From the human T2T-CHM13v2.0 reference genome, Homo sapiens: DNA of 64,000 nt. Shown one piece after another: positions 13,608 through 29,189 of this stretch. Under the pieces are notes generated by a model. The model did not search any database and was not told the DNA's origin. It was given only the letters and a program-made list of their open reading frames with translations. Position 1 is the stretch's first letter; the number at the start of each line of letters is the position of its first letter. Location: NCBI RefSeq assembly GCF_009914755.1, contig NC_060937.1; one strand, written 5' to 3'. Position numbers and translations under genes: made by a program.

Positions 13608-14574
13608 TTAACTCCTTTTCAATTGATTTTTTTATACAGTGAGATGAGGTCTAGTTTCATTATTCTGCATATGGAAATCCAGTTTTCCCAGCCCCACTTA
13701 TTAAAGAGACTGTCCTTTCCCCCATTGTATATTCTGGGTACCTCTGTGAAAAATGAGTTGGCTATAAGTGTGTGGATTTATATCTGGGTTCTCTATTCTG
13801 TTACATTTGTCTATGTGTCAGATTTTATGCCAGTACTATGCTGATTTGGTTACTATAACTTGGTAGTATATTTTGAAGTCAGGTAGTATGATGTCTCTAG
13901 CTTTATTCTTTTTGCTCAGGGTTGTTTTGGCTATTCAAGGTCTTTTGTGGTTCCATATAAATTTTAGGACTCTTTTTTCTATTTCTGTGAAGAAGATCAG
14001 TGGTATTTTGATAGGGATTGCATTGAATCTGTAAATTTTATTGGGTAGAATTGTCATTTTAATAATATTAAGTCTTCCAATCCATGAGCATGGAATATAT
14101 TCCCAGTTTTCATGTGTCCTCTTCAATTTCTTTCATCAATATTTGATCATTTTCCTTGTATAGATTTTTCATTTCTTTGGTTAATTTCATTGCTAGATAT
14201 TGTGCAGTTTAGATAGCTTTATGGATTTGATAAGAAGTTTGTCTTGTTACCACGTCATTGTGTACTATGGACTTGCCCCTTCAGGGTCTGCCCAGAACGT
14301 TCTCAAGCCCAGGAATCCCTTTCAGAATCCAGCTCCACCATTCCAGGAAGGGGGAAGAGTGAGGAAGCCTCACTTCTGCAGATGTTCTCTGCCGATTTGG
14401 GGGTGGGTATGTGCATACTGACTGCAGTGACCTCACCCACAGATGGGCTAACCAAGCTATAACTGTTTATTAGAAACTAGAATGGTTCCATGAATATGTC
14501 ATTCACCATTTCTTTAGTAAATTCAGTTTACATCATCATCTGCCTACAAGATAAAGAATACTTTATGCGTAGTA

Positions 14575-14650
14575 TCAGCTCACTACAACCTCTGCCTCCT
14601 GGGTTCAAGCGATTCTCATGCCTTATCCTCCCTAGTAGCTGGGATTACAG
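14575..14650 (-). mobile_element. Isolated internal Alu right-arm fragment
   Basis: tcagctcactacaacctctgcctcctgggttcaagcgattctc...gctgggattacag, with no tail. Confidence 0.85.
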
Positions 14651-16119
14651 TGACCAGTTTTCTTAATGAAGTATTTTTCCTACTGGGAAAAAGAAAACCA
14701 AGAAAGCTTTCCCTCCACAATTGGTGGGGAGGACGCTCATGTTCTGGCCTTTCTCCACTTTCCTACCTGGCATTCGTCATTCTTGGAACCTCCCGCCCCT
14801 TCTTCTGCGTCACTGCTGTTTCTGTGAGCATTATAAGCTTGCAGTTAATTCACCATATGACCTAAAGTCAGAATAATGACATATGGAATTTCAGGCTGAT
14901 TTGCTGTACAAAGAGATCTAAGCATATGCCTCTTGAGAACAGGCATTGCTGTTACACAGCACCGTGAACACATCCATACTGGATTAATTTGGAATTTGCA
15001 AAGTTTAAAAAGAAACCTCTCAAGAACTATGACCATGATTATAAAAGTCAGACCACCAGACTATGATCTGTATCCAAGGAATGGTACTGAAGATTTTCAA
15101 CCCCACTGAGCCTGTTATACGGATGGCTAACAGAGTCTGGGCTGAAGAAGAGATGTATACATTATCTTTTTTCTGTAGGTTTCTCAGACACCACCTGGGC
15201 AGCTGACCTATTTCACTGTCAGAAGCAATGACATGAGTCTCATATGTGATACTTTTCCAACAATTCTAAGCTTCAAAATAAACAATTTTGAAAACCTGCA
15301 GCTCAGCACTTGGCATTTCACCAGAACTTTCCCAACTCCCCAAAGCCAAATCTGTTTTTTTATTCTACCATGGAGTGCCTCGTTTATCTTTCCCAGGAGA
15401 AAATGTAAAAAAAAAAAACCACCTACAGAATTTGGTTTGGAGGGTATATAATGAACAGATAAAATGATCCTAGAACAGTAGTCCCTTAAAAAAGTTATAT
15501 CAGGCCTAGATTCTTCTAGGAATATGTATATATAAATAATAATAATCTAGTATCCCAATTTTTATTCTCTTTGATCTCATTAGTAGATTTCTCAAATACC
15601 AGGTAAGAGAGAGCAACCCACATAAAATAGACAAACAAAAGACAGCATGTATTTTAGAATAATTACAGAGTTCCGAGTATAAATATCCTAGTGTTGCTAA
15701 TATCATACTTTCTAATCAACAGAGGACATAAAGATTTAATGCTGTCTTTATAGCACATGAAAAATTTATTTTTGCTTACTGAGGAAAGAAGTATAAAAAT
15801 TGATTTGATACAGTCCATTTTTAAAAAAAAAGATAAGTCTTTACTATGGAGGAAAATAAAACCTCAATGTTTGGTCATATTTACATATGTTGACTTCTAG
15901 AAGTACAGATTTAGACTGACCTTGAATGGCCAGATTTATTTCTGTAAGGCGAATCTGGAAAACTTCTCTACAAATGTAAACCATCAGGGAAACGGGTGGC
16001 ATCAGGCCTGACAGGGGCTTGTTGATTTTAAATATGGCACATGTGTTATTTTAACCAAAATTTAAAATGCTATCAAAATGTTTTAAAATGTTCAAATCAA
16101 AGCTGAATTATTATTTCCA

Positions 16120-16420
16120 GGCTGAGCACAGTGGCTCATGCCTGTAATCCCAGCACTTTGGGAAGCTGAGGCAGACAAATCACCTGAGGTCAGTAGTTTG
16201 AGATCAGCCTGGCCAACATGGTGAAACCTCGTCCCTACTAAAAATACAAAAATTAGCCAGGTGCATGTCTGTAATCTCGGCTACTCAGGAGGCTGAGGCG
16301 GAGAACTGTTTGAACTCAGGAGGCAGAGATTTCAGTAAACAAAGATCGCACCACTGCACTCCAGCCCAGGCAACAGAGTGAGACTCTGTCTTAAAAAAAA
16401 AAGAAAAGAAAAAAGAAAAG
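16120..16420 (+). mobile_element. AluS element
   Basis: Full Alu body with A-rich tail; TSD approximately aattattat. Confidence 0.95.
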
Positions 16421-16466
16421 AAATTATTATCATTCCCGGTTAGGCCTACAAAATGGGATGCAATAA

Positions 16467-17131
16467 TCACCCCTGTCTGCTTGTCAAATGCAGCTGTTAC
16501 ATCCAGCTGTGGTGGCAAAGAGTCTTCCTTTATAAGTGTTTGAAAGCATCCCCTGAGATGAACCAGCTCACTCAGACATTGGCCAGTCAAACAGCTACTG
16601 AATTGCTTAAAGTGGCCAACTACATTCAGGCACAGAGCAAGAAAAGCAGAGAGCTGCCAGAAAAGGGGTATCCCCACTGAGACTGCCGGTCCTTTAAGCA
16701 GGTGTTTATAAAGTCACCACCTTGGTGGAGAACAACAAGGCTCACCTGGGGATGACTGCACATGTGTGGATTCCACTGAGCTGGTTGTTCTTCCTGCTGC
16801 CTTGGGCTCTAAAATGGGAGTCTCCTAGTTCATTATCAAGAGAAAAGCCAGACTGGTGGGATGTTTCCTCCACAGAAAGACCTGCACCACCATTGCCTTT
16901 ACACAGGTTAACTCAGAAGACAAAGGAGTCCTAGCTAAGCTGGTGGAAACTACCAGGACCAATTACAATGACAGACATGACAAGATCTGCTATCATTGGG
17001 GATAACATTCTATCAAATTTATGGCTCTCATTGCTAAGCTCAAAAAGCAAGGCTAAAGAACTTGTCGCCAAACTGGGATAAAGGTTTAATGTTACCTTTA
17101 CTGTACATAAAAATAAAAATTAACCTTCAAA
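16467..17131 (+). pseudogene. RPL7A (60S ribosomal protein eL8) processed pseudogene, 5'-truncated and frameshifted
   Basis: Translated blocks [71 protein letters not shown] and KAKELVAKLG* match RPL7A ([28 protein letters not shown]...[33 protein letters not shown]...AKELATKLG); intronless; AATAAA in the 3' UTR. Confidence 0.93.
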
Positions 17132-17589
17132 CATATTAATCTCATTAAAATACCTTTATTCTCCAAATTTGCATTGTACTATAGCCTAGAACGCACAGAC
17201 TCATTTACTATTTACAGCTCGTGATCTCCCCAAGCCAATGAAATATTCTTTGTCCCTCTACCTTATATTTTAATTTCTTGGGTGCCTGTCCTTGCTCTCC
17301 TAATAGATAGACTGCAAGCTTATAGAAGAAAAGAAGTGTATGTTTCTTCTCCTTGGACTGACTTGATTTAGGTCTAAGATCGCTTTATTGTTGTTGCTTA
17401 CATTCTTACAGCTCCCAGCACAGTTCTGCACACATGGAAACAGTACAGAGGCCAATGAGCGATGCACAATAGGGCCCCTGGGAACTCAACCGTGCACCCA
17501 CATCTACAGCACATATCAGTCTCTCTGCTTCTGGGGATTATCTACACACTGCAAGTGGTAAATTGGTTAGTAGTTACCAATTCTGTCAC

Positions 17590-17958
17590 AATCGAATGTT
17601 TGTGCTCCTCTAAAATTCATGTTGAAACTTAGTTTCCAATGTAATAATATTAAGATGTAGGGCCTTAAGGAGGTGATTTGCTCATAAGGGCATCTCCCTC
17701 TTGAATGGGATTAAGGCATTTATCAAAGAAGCTTCACCAGGATTCTGCCCTTTTTGCCCCTGCACCTTCTGCCATATGAGGACACAGTCACAAGGTGCCA
17801 TCATGCAAGCAGACAGCACAGCCCCTACTAGACACCAAGTCTGCTGGCACCTTGATCTTGGACTTCCCAGCCTCCAGAACTGTAAGAAATAAATTTCTAT
17901 TCTTTATGAATGACCCAGCCTCTGGTATTTTGTTATAGCAGTGCAAATGGACAAACAC
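17590..17958 (+). mobile_element. MaLR LTR (MST/MLT1A-like)
   Basis: gaatgtttgtgctcctctaaaattcatgttgaa...ccagcctccagaactgtaagaaataaatttct. Confidence 0.8.
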
Positions 17959-18017
17959 ATACAAAATACCAGAGCCTGGGTAATTTATAAAGAACAGAAA
18001 TTTATAACTATGGATAA

Positions 18018-18807
<790 letters not shown>

Positions 18808-19568
18808 TAAATTAATTAAGAGCTCCACATATTTATATTAAAATAAAATCCCTATTCATGCAATTGATCTTTATCATTTTCAAGGAAAGCAAGTCCTGTA
18901 AAGAAAGTGTGTTTTTATTTCGTACAAAGCAATGAGGTGTTATGACTTGGCTTTGGAAGAAAGTTCTTAAAATAATACATCAGGCTCATCTGTTGAGGCC
19001 GTCCCTTCTGCTGCAGCTTGCTATTGCCCAGTTTTCTATCTCTTATAATAGTAACCAGCTTTGAAGCCAAAATAAACTCTCTAGTTCTCTAGAACACCCC
19101 ATCTGCCTCATCCTTCAACACCAGGAGTCCTTCCAAAGCTCTTAATGGCTGAGGCAATGCATACTATAAATTAATTGTCATGTGGCTTCATTCCATCAAG
19201 GCTAAAAAGATGTGCCCATTTCATCATTGTTGCAAGAATAAAGTTTTTAATTTCACACAGCAATCTTTCCCAGATCACTAGCTTAAAGACTATCTTTGGT
19301 ATGGTAAATGAAATAGTCATTCCGCACGTGAAAAATAATCTGAGACTCTAAAAACATTCCATTGGGATCAAAATAATATCAAAAAAGAATGGTCACAAAA
19401 ATGTTTTACCTCCATTAACAAAGGCATCTATTCTATTTGTTAGCACACAATCATAATTTCGTTATAGCCCTTTCTTTGTATCTCTAGGAAAATAATAAGA
19501 ATTGCAAAGTGTTATTTTTGTAACTTATAAATAATGCTTTTACAAATTAGAATTCTGATAACCCCTTA

Positions 19569-19984
<416 letters not shown>

Positions 19985-20395
19985 TTACTCTTATGAGTTC
20001 TCCCTAGAGATACAAATGGAACTTTGGTTCTTCTAGTATCTCTCCCATGTGTTACATCATGGCATCATATTCAAATCAAAGAACTAGAACTGGGAAGTGC
20101 CAGCAGCTAGCAATAGATACCAAAATAGCTTCTCTTTTTCAAATTTTTACAATCACTAACATTGAGAAATGGTTACCCAGTACAGAGTTAGGTGAAAACA
20201 CGTACACACATATATAGACATTTATTTAATTACATGTATACCCTACCACAAATATCTATGTGGTCTCTTGTCTTTTTACTAGATTCACTACAGTATAACA
20301 TAAGATACTTTGGGCTGTGAATTGGAGAAAAGAAAATCCTTATTGTCTTAAATGATGGGGAAATTAATTGACTCACATAATCATTGAAGTCTGTA

Positions 20396-20715
20396 GCAGT
20401 GTTTCTCAAAATATCTGTGGACAGTTGTTCTTGAATTGATTTAATTTTTCAATTCAGTGCAGATTGCTACATGGTTATAAAGCACAAGATTTGTACACAG
20501 TTTGCACAACTTACAACTCATCCATTTGTTGGACAACACCCCAACTAGTCTAGAGCCTATTTGGCTAGATAAGTGCATTGACCACACACTTGGAGGCGAT
20601 TGCAATATCAAATCCCTACAAAAATTCCTAAGCATGTCTCTCAATTTCTATGTCTATGTCATCATAGAATGGTAACAAACAGTTCCCAGACACCCTACAT
20701 TTTGAGTGGCCCTGG
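20396..20715. mobile_element. hAT-Charlie-like DNA transposon remnant within an old MLT1 LTR (~20290-21180)
   Basis: cagtgtttctcaaaat ... acattttgagtggccctg terminal-inverted-repeat-like ends. Confidence 0.45.
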
Positions 20716-21489
20716 TCTAGAGATAGGTTGGGCATTCACAAGGTTCTTGTTCCATCTCCCTGGCATTTTTTAAGTTTTCCTCCTTTGTGTGCCAGCTGCC
20801 TCCTCGGGCTGGAAGGAAGATGTGTGCAATGGTCCCAGTCTTAATATGTGACAACATCCAGAAGAGATAGGTCACTTCAAAGCAACAGCAAAAGAGCAAA
20901 GAAAACCTCTCCTGGGAGGCTCTAGCAAACTTTCTGCACATCTCATTGTCCTTAATTGGATCACGTGTCTATTCCCGAACTTATGACAGGCAAGAAAAAG
21001 GGGATTACTCTTGGAGCAATTGGGCCCCCTCCTGGAGCTAGGGGTGGGAATCCATCCTTGGGGCATGTGAGTTGCATAATAGAGAGTAGAGAGTGTGTTG
21101 CATTAAACATAAAATTGGGTTTATGTGGTAAACGTGGGAAGGAGGAATGGATGATAGGGAGACAATCAACAATGTTGGAAGTATTTTAACTAGGCTTTTG
21201 TATAATTATTAGTCAATCAAAGGATATTATTAAGTAGTCATTAATTTAGTAGCTTTGTATCGAACTTGGGCACACAGAAAGCCTGACTTACCCTAACATT
21301 TCCAGCACCTGAGGAAAGAATCCTATCGACCCTATGTTCTCCAATCATTGTGACCAAGAGAAAAGGATTTCACAGAACAATTCTGGCTGCTTAAGAGAGG
21401 AATTGGCAGGGTATCCTTATGGATTTGAGAGTGAGCAGTTACTAGGGAGGGGGAGGTCATGTGAACTGGGCAGATGCTTCAGAAAATGT

Positions 21490-22415
<926 letters not shown>

Positions 22416-22459
22416 TCATTTTTCTAAATTGCATGCTACTAAATAGGTGTTTAAAATTA

Positions 22460-22620
22460 TTTTTTGATGGGTATAGAGTTTCAGTTTCAGATGAAGAAAA
22501 AGGTCTGGAGATGGATGGTGATGATGGTTGCATGACAATGTGAATGTAAGTAATGCTATAGAGCTAGTACACTAAAAATGGTTAAAATGGTAAATTAAGT
22601 ATATTTTACCAAAATTTAAA
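22460..22620 (+). mobile_element. L1MB-like 3' end
   Basis: atgggtatagagtttcagttt...ctggagatggatggtgatgatggttgca...aaaatggttaaaatggtaaa. Confidence 0.75.
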
Positions 22621-22787
22621 TGTATCTTAATAAAGTATACAATTATATTGGTGTTACTACCCAGTTTAATGACAGGTTTCATAGGTATGTGTTCTCTGTT
22701 CCGAAGGAATTCCAATATGTTGAGCATGAATATCAATGTAGAGTCCAACTATAAGTCAAAATCTCAGTAAGTTTTGGTTAGTGAAGG

Positions 22788-23158
22788 TGATATGATTTGG
22801 CTCTCTGTCCCCACCCAAATCTCATGTTGAATTGTAATTCCCAATGTTGAGGGAGGGACCTGGTGGGAGGTGATGGGATCATGGAGGCAGATTTCCCCCT
22901 TGCTGTTCTTGTGATAATGAGAGAGTTCTCACGAGATCTGATGGTTGAAGAGTGTGTGGCATTTCCCTCTCTCCTGTGCTCCCATGGTTTGATGTGCTTG
23001 GTTCCCCTTTGCCTTCTACCATGATTGTAAGTTTCCGGAGGCCTCCCAGTCATGCTTCCTGTTAAGCCTGCCCAACTGTGAGTTAATTAAACCTCTTTTC
23101 TTCATAAATTCCCCAGTCTCCGGTAGTTCTCTATAGCATTGTGAGAACAGACTAAAGC
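22788..23158 (+). mobile_element. MSTA/THE1-type MaLR LTR
   Basis: tgatatgatttggctctctgtccccacccaaatctcatgttgaattgtaa...gagaacagactaa. Confidence 0.88.
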
Positions 23159-24609
23159 AGAAGGATGGGGAAACTTTCCAGAAAAGGTGTAACTTAAAAT
23201 CCTTCTAGAAGAAAGGGAAGAATTTAGCTGAGAGGAATATGGGTGATATTTAATTTCACAACACTGGAAAGAATTAGGCTTCTAACTGATATTGGATTTC
23301 AATCTGCTTGAGGTCCACCACCCTGCACACTTTTGTAAGTAAACCTTCTTCAAATTATCCAAATTTGAGTGAGTCACCTGTTTCTTGTTGGGACCCTGAC
23401 TGATATTTTCTTGGGAAATATTTTCTTGGGAGTCGATCTTGGGAAAAATTAAAAAGAAGACTATGGGTCAAATGACGTTTGATGAGAAGCCTTTGGAGAG
23501 AATCATACATTAACATATAATTTGGAAGCTCAAAAAGGTGTTCGTTATTGTCCTTCTCAATAACATGAGAAAACAGAGACTGTCCATATAGGTTATCCCT
23601 GTTCCTACTTTGGAGCTTAGAGCAGAATACAAAACAGTGGAAAATGGATCTGGAAGGGCAAATGAAAGCTATTTAACACATTCGATAGGTCTCATCACTC
23701 ATTCTCCTTCCACTGAAACAACCCCTCTACCTCCTCCCCACAGTTTAGGGAGGACCTCAGCTAATACTGGGGAAATGATTGAGAAAAATGTTACAAAAAA
23801 AATTGTAGGTGCATCAATTGTGGTACTTCTGACTATAAGAAGAGTAGACCCAACTAATAGAAGTTAAAATAAAAGATTATTTTATAATAAGTCCAGAAGA
23901 AAGACAAGTTCAAGCCTAGGTAAATCCATGATCCTACTATGTCCTCAAGAGCCAGGGGCTTTTTCCATCTCGGTAGCATGAGAGCAAAATCTCCTCTTGG
24001 CTGCAAGATGACTGCAGATGTTCCAGGTCTCACACACTAACTCAACAACCTCTAGTCAAAAATAGCAGCATTTCACCCTAGGGTTTTCTTTGTTTTAGTG
24101 AGGAAAATCTCTCCCCAAATCTTCAAATAAGATACCCTCAGATCCCATTAGCCAGAACTCAGCCTCAAACCATTTCCTAGGAATGTGAATGAGGTTGTCA
24201 CTTAAGTCAATCACAATTTACCTCCTGGGACTGTGAACGAGCCACAGATTCAAAGTTTCTACCAACAAGGAAAAAGGTGGTAATTGCTGCAAGGTAATAT
24301 CCAACATTTCTGTATCGAGGGAGGGAAATACAACACTTTTTCCTCAAAGAACCAAAGAACAGGCTTTCGTGTAGCTTCTTCCTTCTTCCCCCATAAGCTG
24401 GAGAGATCGCCAAAGTAAAATTTTTAGTAAAAGGAGCACCAAAAATTTATCTTCCTTTCCACATCTCTGCCTTTAAGAAAATATATTATGGTGATTTTTG
24501 CTTTTGTTCTTTACTTTTTTGGCTGTTTACCACCTTTGGGGATATAACAATAAATAAACCAAAGCCCCTGAATTCTAGGAGCTCATGAATGATGTCAAGA
24601 GAGTGGTAA

Positions 24610-25932
24610 GTTTTTAATCCTTCTTGAGTTAATTTTTGTATATGGTGAAATGTAAGGGCCCAGTTTCATTCTTCTGTATATGACTAGCCAGTTACCCTAG
24701 TGCCATTTATTGAATAGGGAGTCTTTTCCCCATTGCTTCTTATTGTCAATTTCAGTGAAGATCAGATGGTTATAGACCATCTATAAAAATCTAGAGTCTA
24801 AAACTATAAAAATCCTAGGAGCAAGCCTAGAAACTACCTTTCCAGATATTGGCCTTGGTAAAGAATTTATAACTAAAAGTCCCCAAAAGTAATTGCAACA
24901 AAAACAAAAATTGATGAGTGGGACATAATTAAACTAAAGAGCTTCTGCACAACAAAATAAACTATCAACAGAGTAAACAGACAACCTACAGAATGGGAGA
25001 AACTACTTGCAAACTATGCATCTGACAAAGGTGTAATATCCATAATCTATAAGGAACTCAAACAATTCAACAAGCAAAAAACAAATAACCGCATTAGGAA
25101 AAGTGGCAAAGGATATGAACAAATATTTCCCAAAAGAAGACCTACATGTGGCCAACAAACATATGAAACAAATGCTCAATATCTCTAATCATTAGAGAAA
25201 TGCAAATCAAAATCATACTGAGATACCAGGTCATACTAGTCAGAATGGCTATTACTAAAAAGACAAAAATTAACAGATGTTGGTGAGGTTTCTGGGAAAA
25301 GGGTACACTCACACAACGTTGGCAGGAATATAAATTAGTTCAGCCAGCGTGGAAAGCAGTTTGGAGATTTCTCAAAGAACTAAAAATAGAATTACTATTT
25401 GGCCCCGAAATCCTATCACTGGGTATGTATCTAAAAGAAAATAAATCATTCTACAAAAAGATATACGCACTGGTATGTTTATCACAGCAATATTCACAAT
25501 AGCAAAGACATAAAATCAACCTAGGTGCCCACCAATGGTGGCTTAAAGAAAATATGGTACATATACACCATGGAATACTACACAGCCATAACAAAGAATG
25601 AAGGCATGTCCTTTGCAGCAACATAGATGGAGTTGAAGGCCATTATCCTAAGCAAATTAACACAGGAACAGAAAACCAAAAACTGCCACGTTCTTACTTA
25701 TAAGTGGAAGCTAAACATTGGGTCTACATGGACATAAAGCTGGAAACAATAGACACTGGAGACTACTAGAGGGGGAAAGGAGGAAGGAGGCAAGGGTTGA
25801 AAAACTACCTATCAGGTACTATACTTACTACTTGGGTGATGGGATCATTTGTACACCAAATTTCAGCAACACATGATTTACCCATAAAACAAACCTGCAC
25901 ATGTACTCTCTGAACTTAAATTAAAAGTTTAA
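24610..25932 (+). mobile_element. 5'-inverted (twin-primed) L1, L1PA15-17/L1PB-like; 24610-24774 is antisense
   Basis: Antisense ORF2 piece followed by the sense ORF2 end and a complete 3' UTR. Confidence 0.88.
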
Positions 25933-27339
25933 GAGAGAGAGGAGAGGAGAACACTCTGTGTACAAAGGAGAGACCAGTGACTGAAGTCAGGAAGTGAGCA
26001 AAGGGGTCAAGAGCTACCTTCTGCTCTGGAGAGCTGGGTGGTGCATTGGCTGTAAACAAAAGGAAGCCCAGGAGACATCTGCTTAAGACTTATCTTAGAC
26101 ACTGACTTTAGAAGGAAGAAGCAAGACCTTAGTAAGGTAGGAAAGTGCCAGGGAAACAGGGCAAAGCTTCTTCAGGCAAAGCTTGTCTGTTTGACAGAAG
26201 CCCTCCCTGAGCTGTCTCAGGAACTTGAGTGAAACAGCAGTGACTCACACAGGACACCCCCTCAAAACAAGGCAGGGAGAGGCACTGCTGGCCATCCCAG
26301 CCAAGGGACATCACAGGAGCAAAGAATCAGGAGCAAAGGTGAGAATCCCAATGCCAAATCTGTACATATGAGAGATGGGTATGGAATGGAGACAATTGAA
26401 ATCCAGAACTGCACCACATGCCATTAGTTCATAAGAGAACAATGCTAACGATGACTGTGAAGATGTCAGTGATGATGAAGACAATGACAACAATCGTGTG
26501 ATGGCTGTGGTCACCTTGACACATCGGCTGGGTTAGTGGAGGTTATCCCTGCAGTGCCACCTGCAGGTAAACTCGAGAAAGACCTGGCCCTTTCAGTCCC
26601 TTGACCCACAAAGAGAAGATCCAAGTATCAACCTGAAGTCTTGGTTGATACTTTTAGAGCAAGATGTTGTTAAATATTTAGCTAAGGATTTGCAGTTGGA
26701 TTTTCATCCATACCAACATGACTGCTACGGTTCTGTTTGAAATGTTCACAGCTCAGAAAATTGCACCACCCTACAAGTTAATCAGCTTTTCTATACATAG
26801 TTTCTTCTAGTGTGTAATTACTGGCCGGGCTTTATATTATTTTAGGATAGTGTCAGCAGCTAATTGTGGTACAGTCTGAATGCTTTGAAATGAGCTCGGC
26901 TGACTGTGAGAATAGCTCAGCAAATTTAAGGCTGTGTGTGCATCATTTAAAAAGTCTATTGTTTAGCAGGACACTGAACATGGCAGATTAACGGTGGAGT
27001 CCAATTCAAAGGCAAGTGATTATGGAATCCGACCTGCCGCACACTTCACTTTGAACTTCCTAAGCTGCTCATTCTTTGCTACCTACTTACCACACTCAAC
27101 TCCCAGCGAATGTTTGTGCTGGCCCACATGCACAGGAAAGCCTCCAGCCCTGGAGAACAGCTGAGCGTCAAACATGGCTACAGGCTCACAAAAATCAAGT
27201 CATTTGGACTGCGTAGGAGGGAGTGTCATTCTTGCCTCAGGTTTCTTTTAAGAGAAGGAATTTCCTTTCCATTACCCTGGAGGCAAAAATGTAGGAAGAA
27301 TCCTTCTGGCCCCTTTTGGCTTCCTTAGCTACTATTCTA

Positions 27340-27769
<430 letters not shown>

Positions 27770-28263
27770 TAGCTCCAGTTCTGTAGGGTATGGATAATGG
27801 ATGAGAGCACCGTATCTGATGGATACATTTGGGAAAAGGAAGGAACATTAGTGATTCAGCCACTTCCACTCACTCTATCCATATTCTGATTTCAAGATAC
27901 AATTGTTTTCCCCTTCCACATTTCAAGCAACTTGCCCCCACAGAGGAACCCCTGCACGGATTCAGGTCAAATGGTGTTGTCCAATAGTTTTCCCAATAAT
28001 TCAGAAAATTACATAAATTCTACATATTGATTTAACCAAAATCGTAATGTCACTCCAGTGGGAGGATGGGAAAGAGGAAGCAGTACAACAAAGGTAAATA
28101 CTTAACTGCCATAATAGGAAATTAATAGGTAATGTCTAAAATTAATGAGTCAAAGGATACTATTGAGAAATCTAGAACAGGATATATGCCAGAAGAAACA
28201 GCCAAAACTGTCTTAAGAAGTTGCCAGCAGGGAAGGGAATGAAATGGACTGGAGAACAGTGGG

Positions 28264-28540
28264 TGTCTTAGTCAGCTGGGCTGCCATAACAGAATACTAC
28301 AGGCCGGGTACAAACAACAGACATTTATTTCTTGCATTTCTAGAGGCTGAGAGTCCAAGATCTAAGTGCTGACAAGTTAGGTTCCCAGTGAGGGTTCTCT
28401 CCCTGGCTTGCAGACAGCCATCTTTCTCCTGTGTCCTCTCATGGCCTTTCTTCTGTATTTGCAGAGAGAGAGCCAGCTCTGGCATCTCCTCCTCCTCCTA
28501 ATGAGGACACCAGTACTATGGGATTAGGGTCCCACCCTTA
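28264..28540 (-). mobile_element. MLT1-type LTR fragment
   Basis: tgtcttagtcagctgggctgccataacagaatac...ggattagggtcccaccct. Confidence 0.75.
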
Positions 28541-28603
28541 AGTGTGCAATGCCAACAGATTGGTGTTTGCTATTGAGTGAAAGGGGTGCCAGAGATGTAT
28601 AGA

Positions 28604-29007
28604 TGTTAACAGAAGATAACTGAGAAGGACTTCCCCTTAAACAAACTTTAGTCATTTCTCAGCCCTCTTCTCAACTAGGTCTTGGCCTTGGCCTACTGAG
28701 CCCAGTTTTAGCAAAGAATCCTGCTAAGTCAGTTTATCAAGAATATCCCCATCCTGATATCCAATCGAACTCCTTTTCCCTCACCCTCGAAACTAATCAG
28801 CTCCTCTCTCTTGTTCCCTTGATACCTCACAATTCTCTTAGTCATTTTCCATCCTTGGCCTCACCTTGCCCATCGACAATAAATCCTCACTTGTCCCTGC
28901 TGTATTTGGAATAGAGTTCATGCTCTCTCCCCTGCTGCAATAGTCATGAATAAAGTCTTCCTTGCTATTTTTAACAAGTGTCAGAATAATTTCTCTTTGC
29001 TTTAACA
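28604..29007 (+). mobile_element. ERV1 LTR (MER31-like)
   Basis: tgtt...aaca termini; gagcccagttttagcaaagaatcctgctaagtcagttta; aataaagtcttcctt. Confidence 0.65.
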
Positions 29008-29189
29008 CAGTGTACATTCTCTATGCTTTAACACAATATCTATACTTTTAAATTGCCATTCGGTTTCATCCAAGTGGTAAGAAATAACATTTCAAGCTTG
29101 TAAACTAAATTTAAAGTAGAACAAATTCTCTGTCACCAAATAACAGCTCCCCTCCCCAGCCCATATATGCCCATCTCTTGCTTTCCTTC

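Noticed and set aside
23403-23432. Tiny tandem duplications (atattttcttggga x2; also ~47677 and ~53956)
   Set aside because: Ordinary slippage events.
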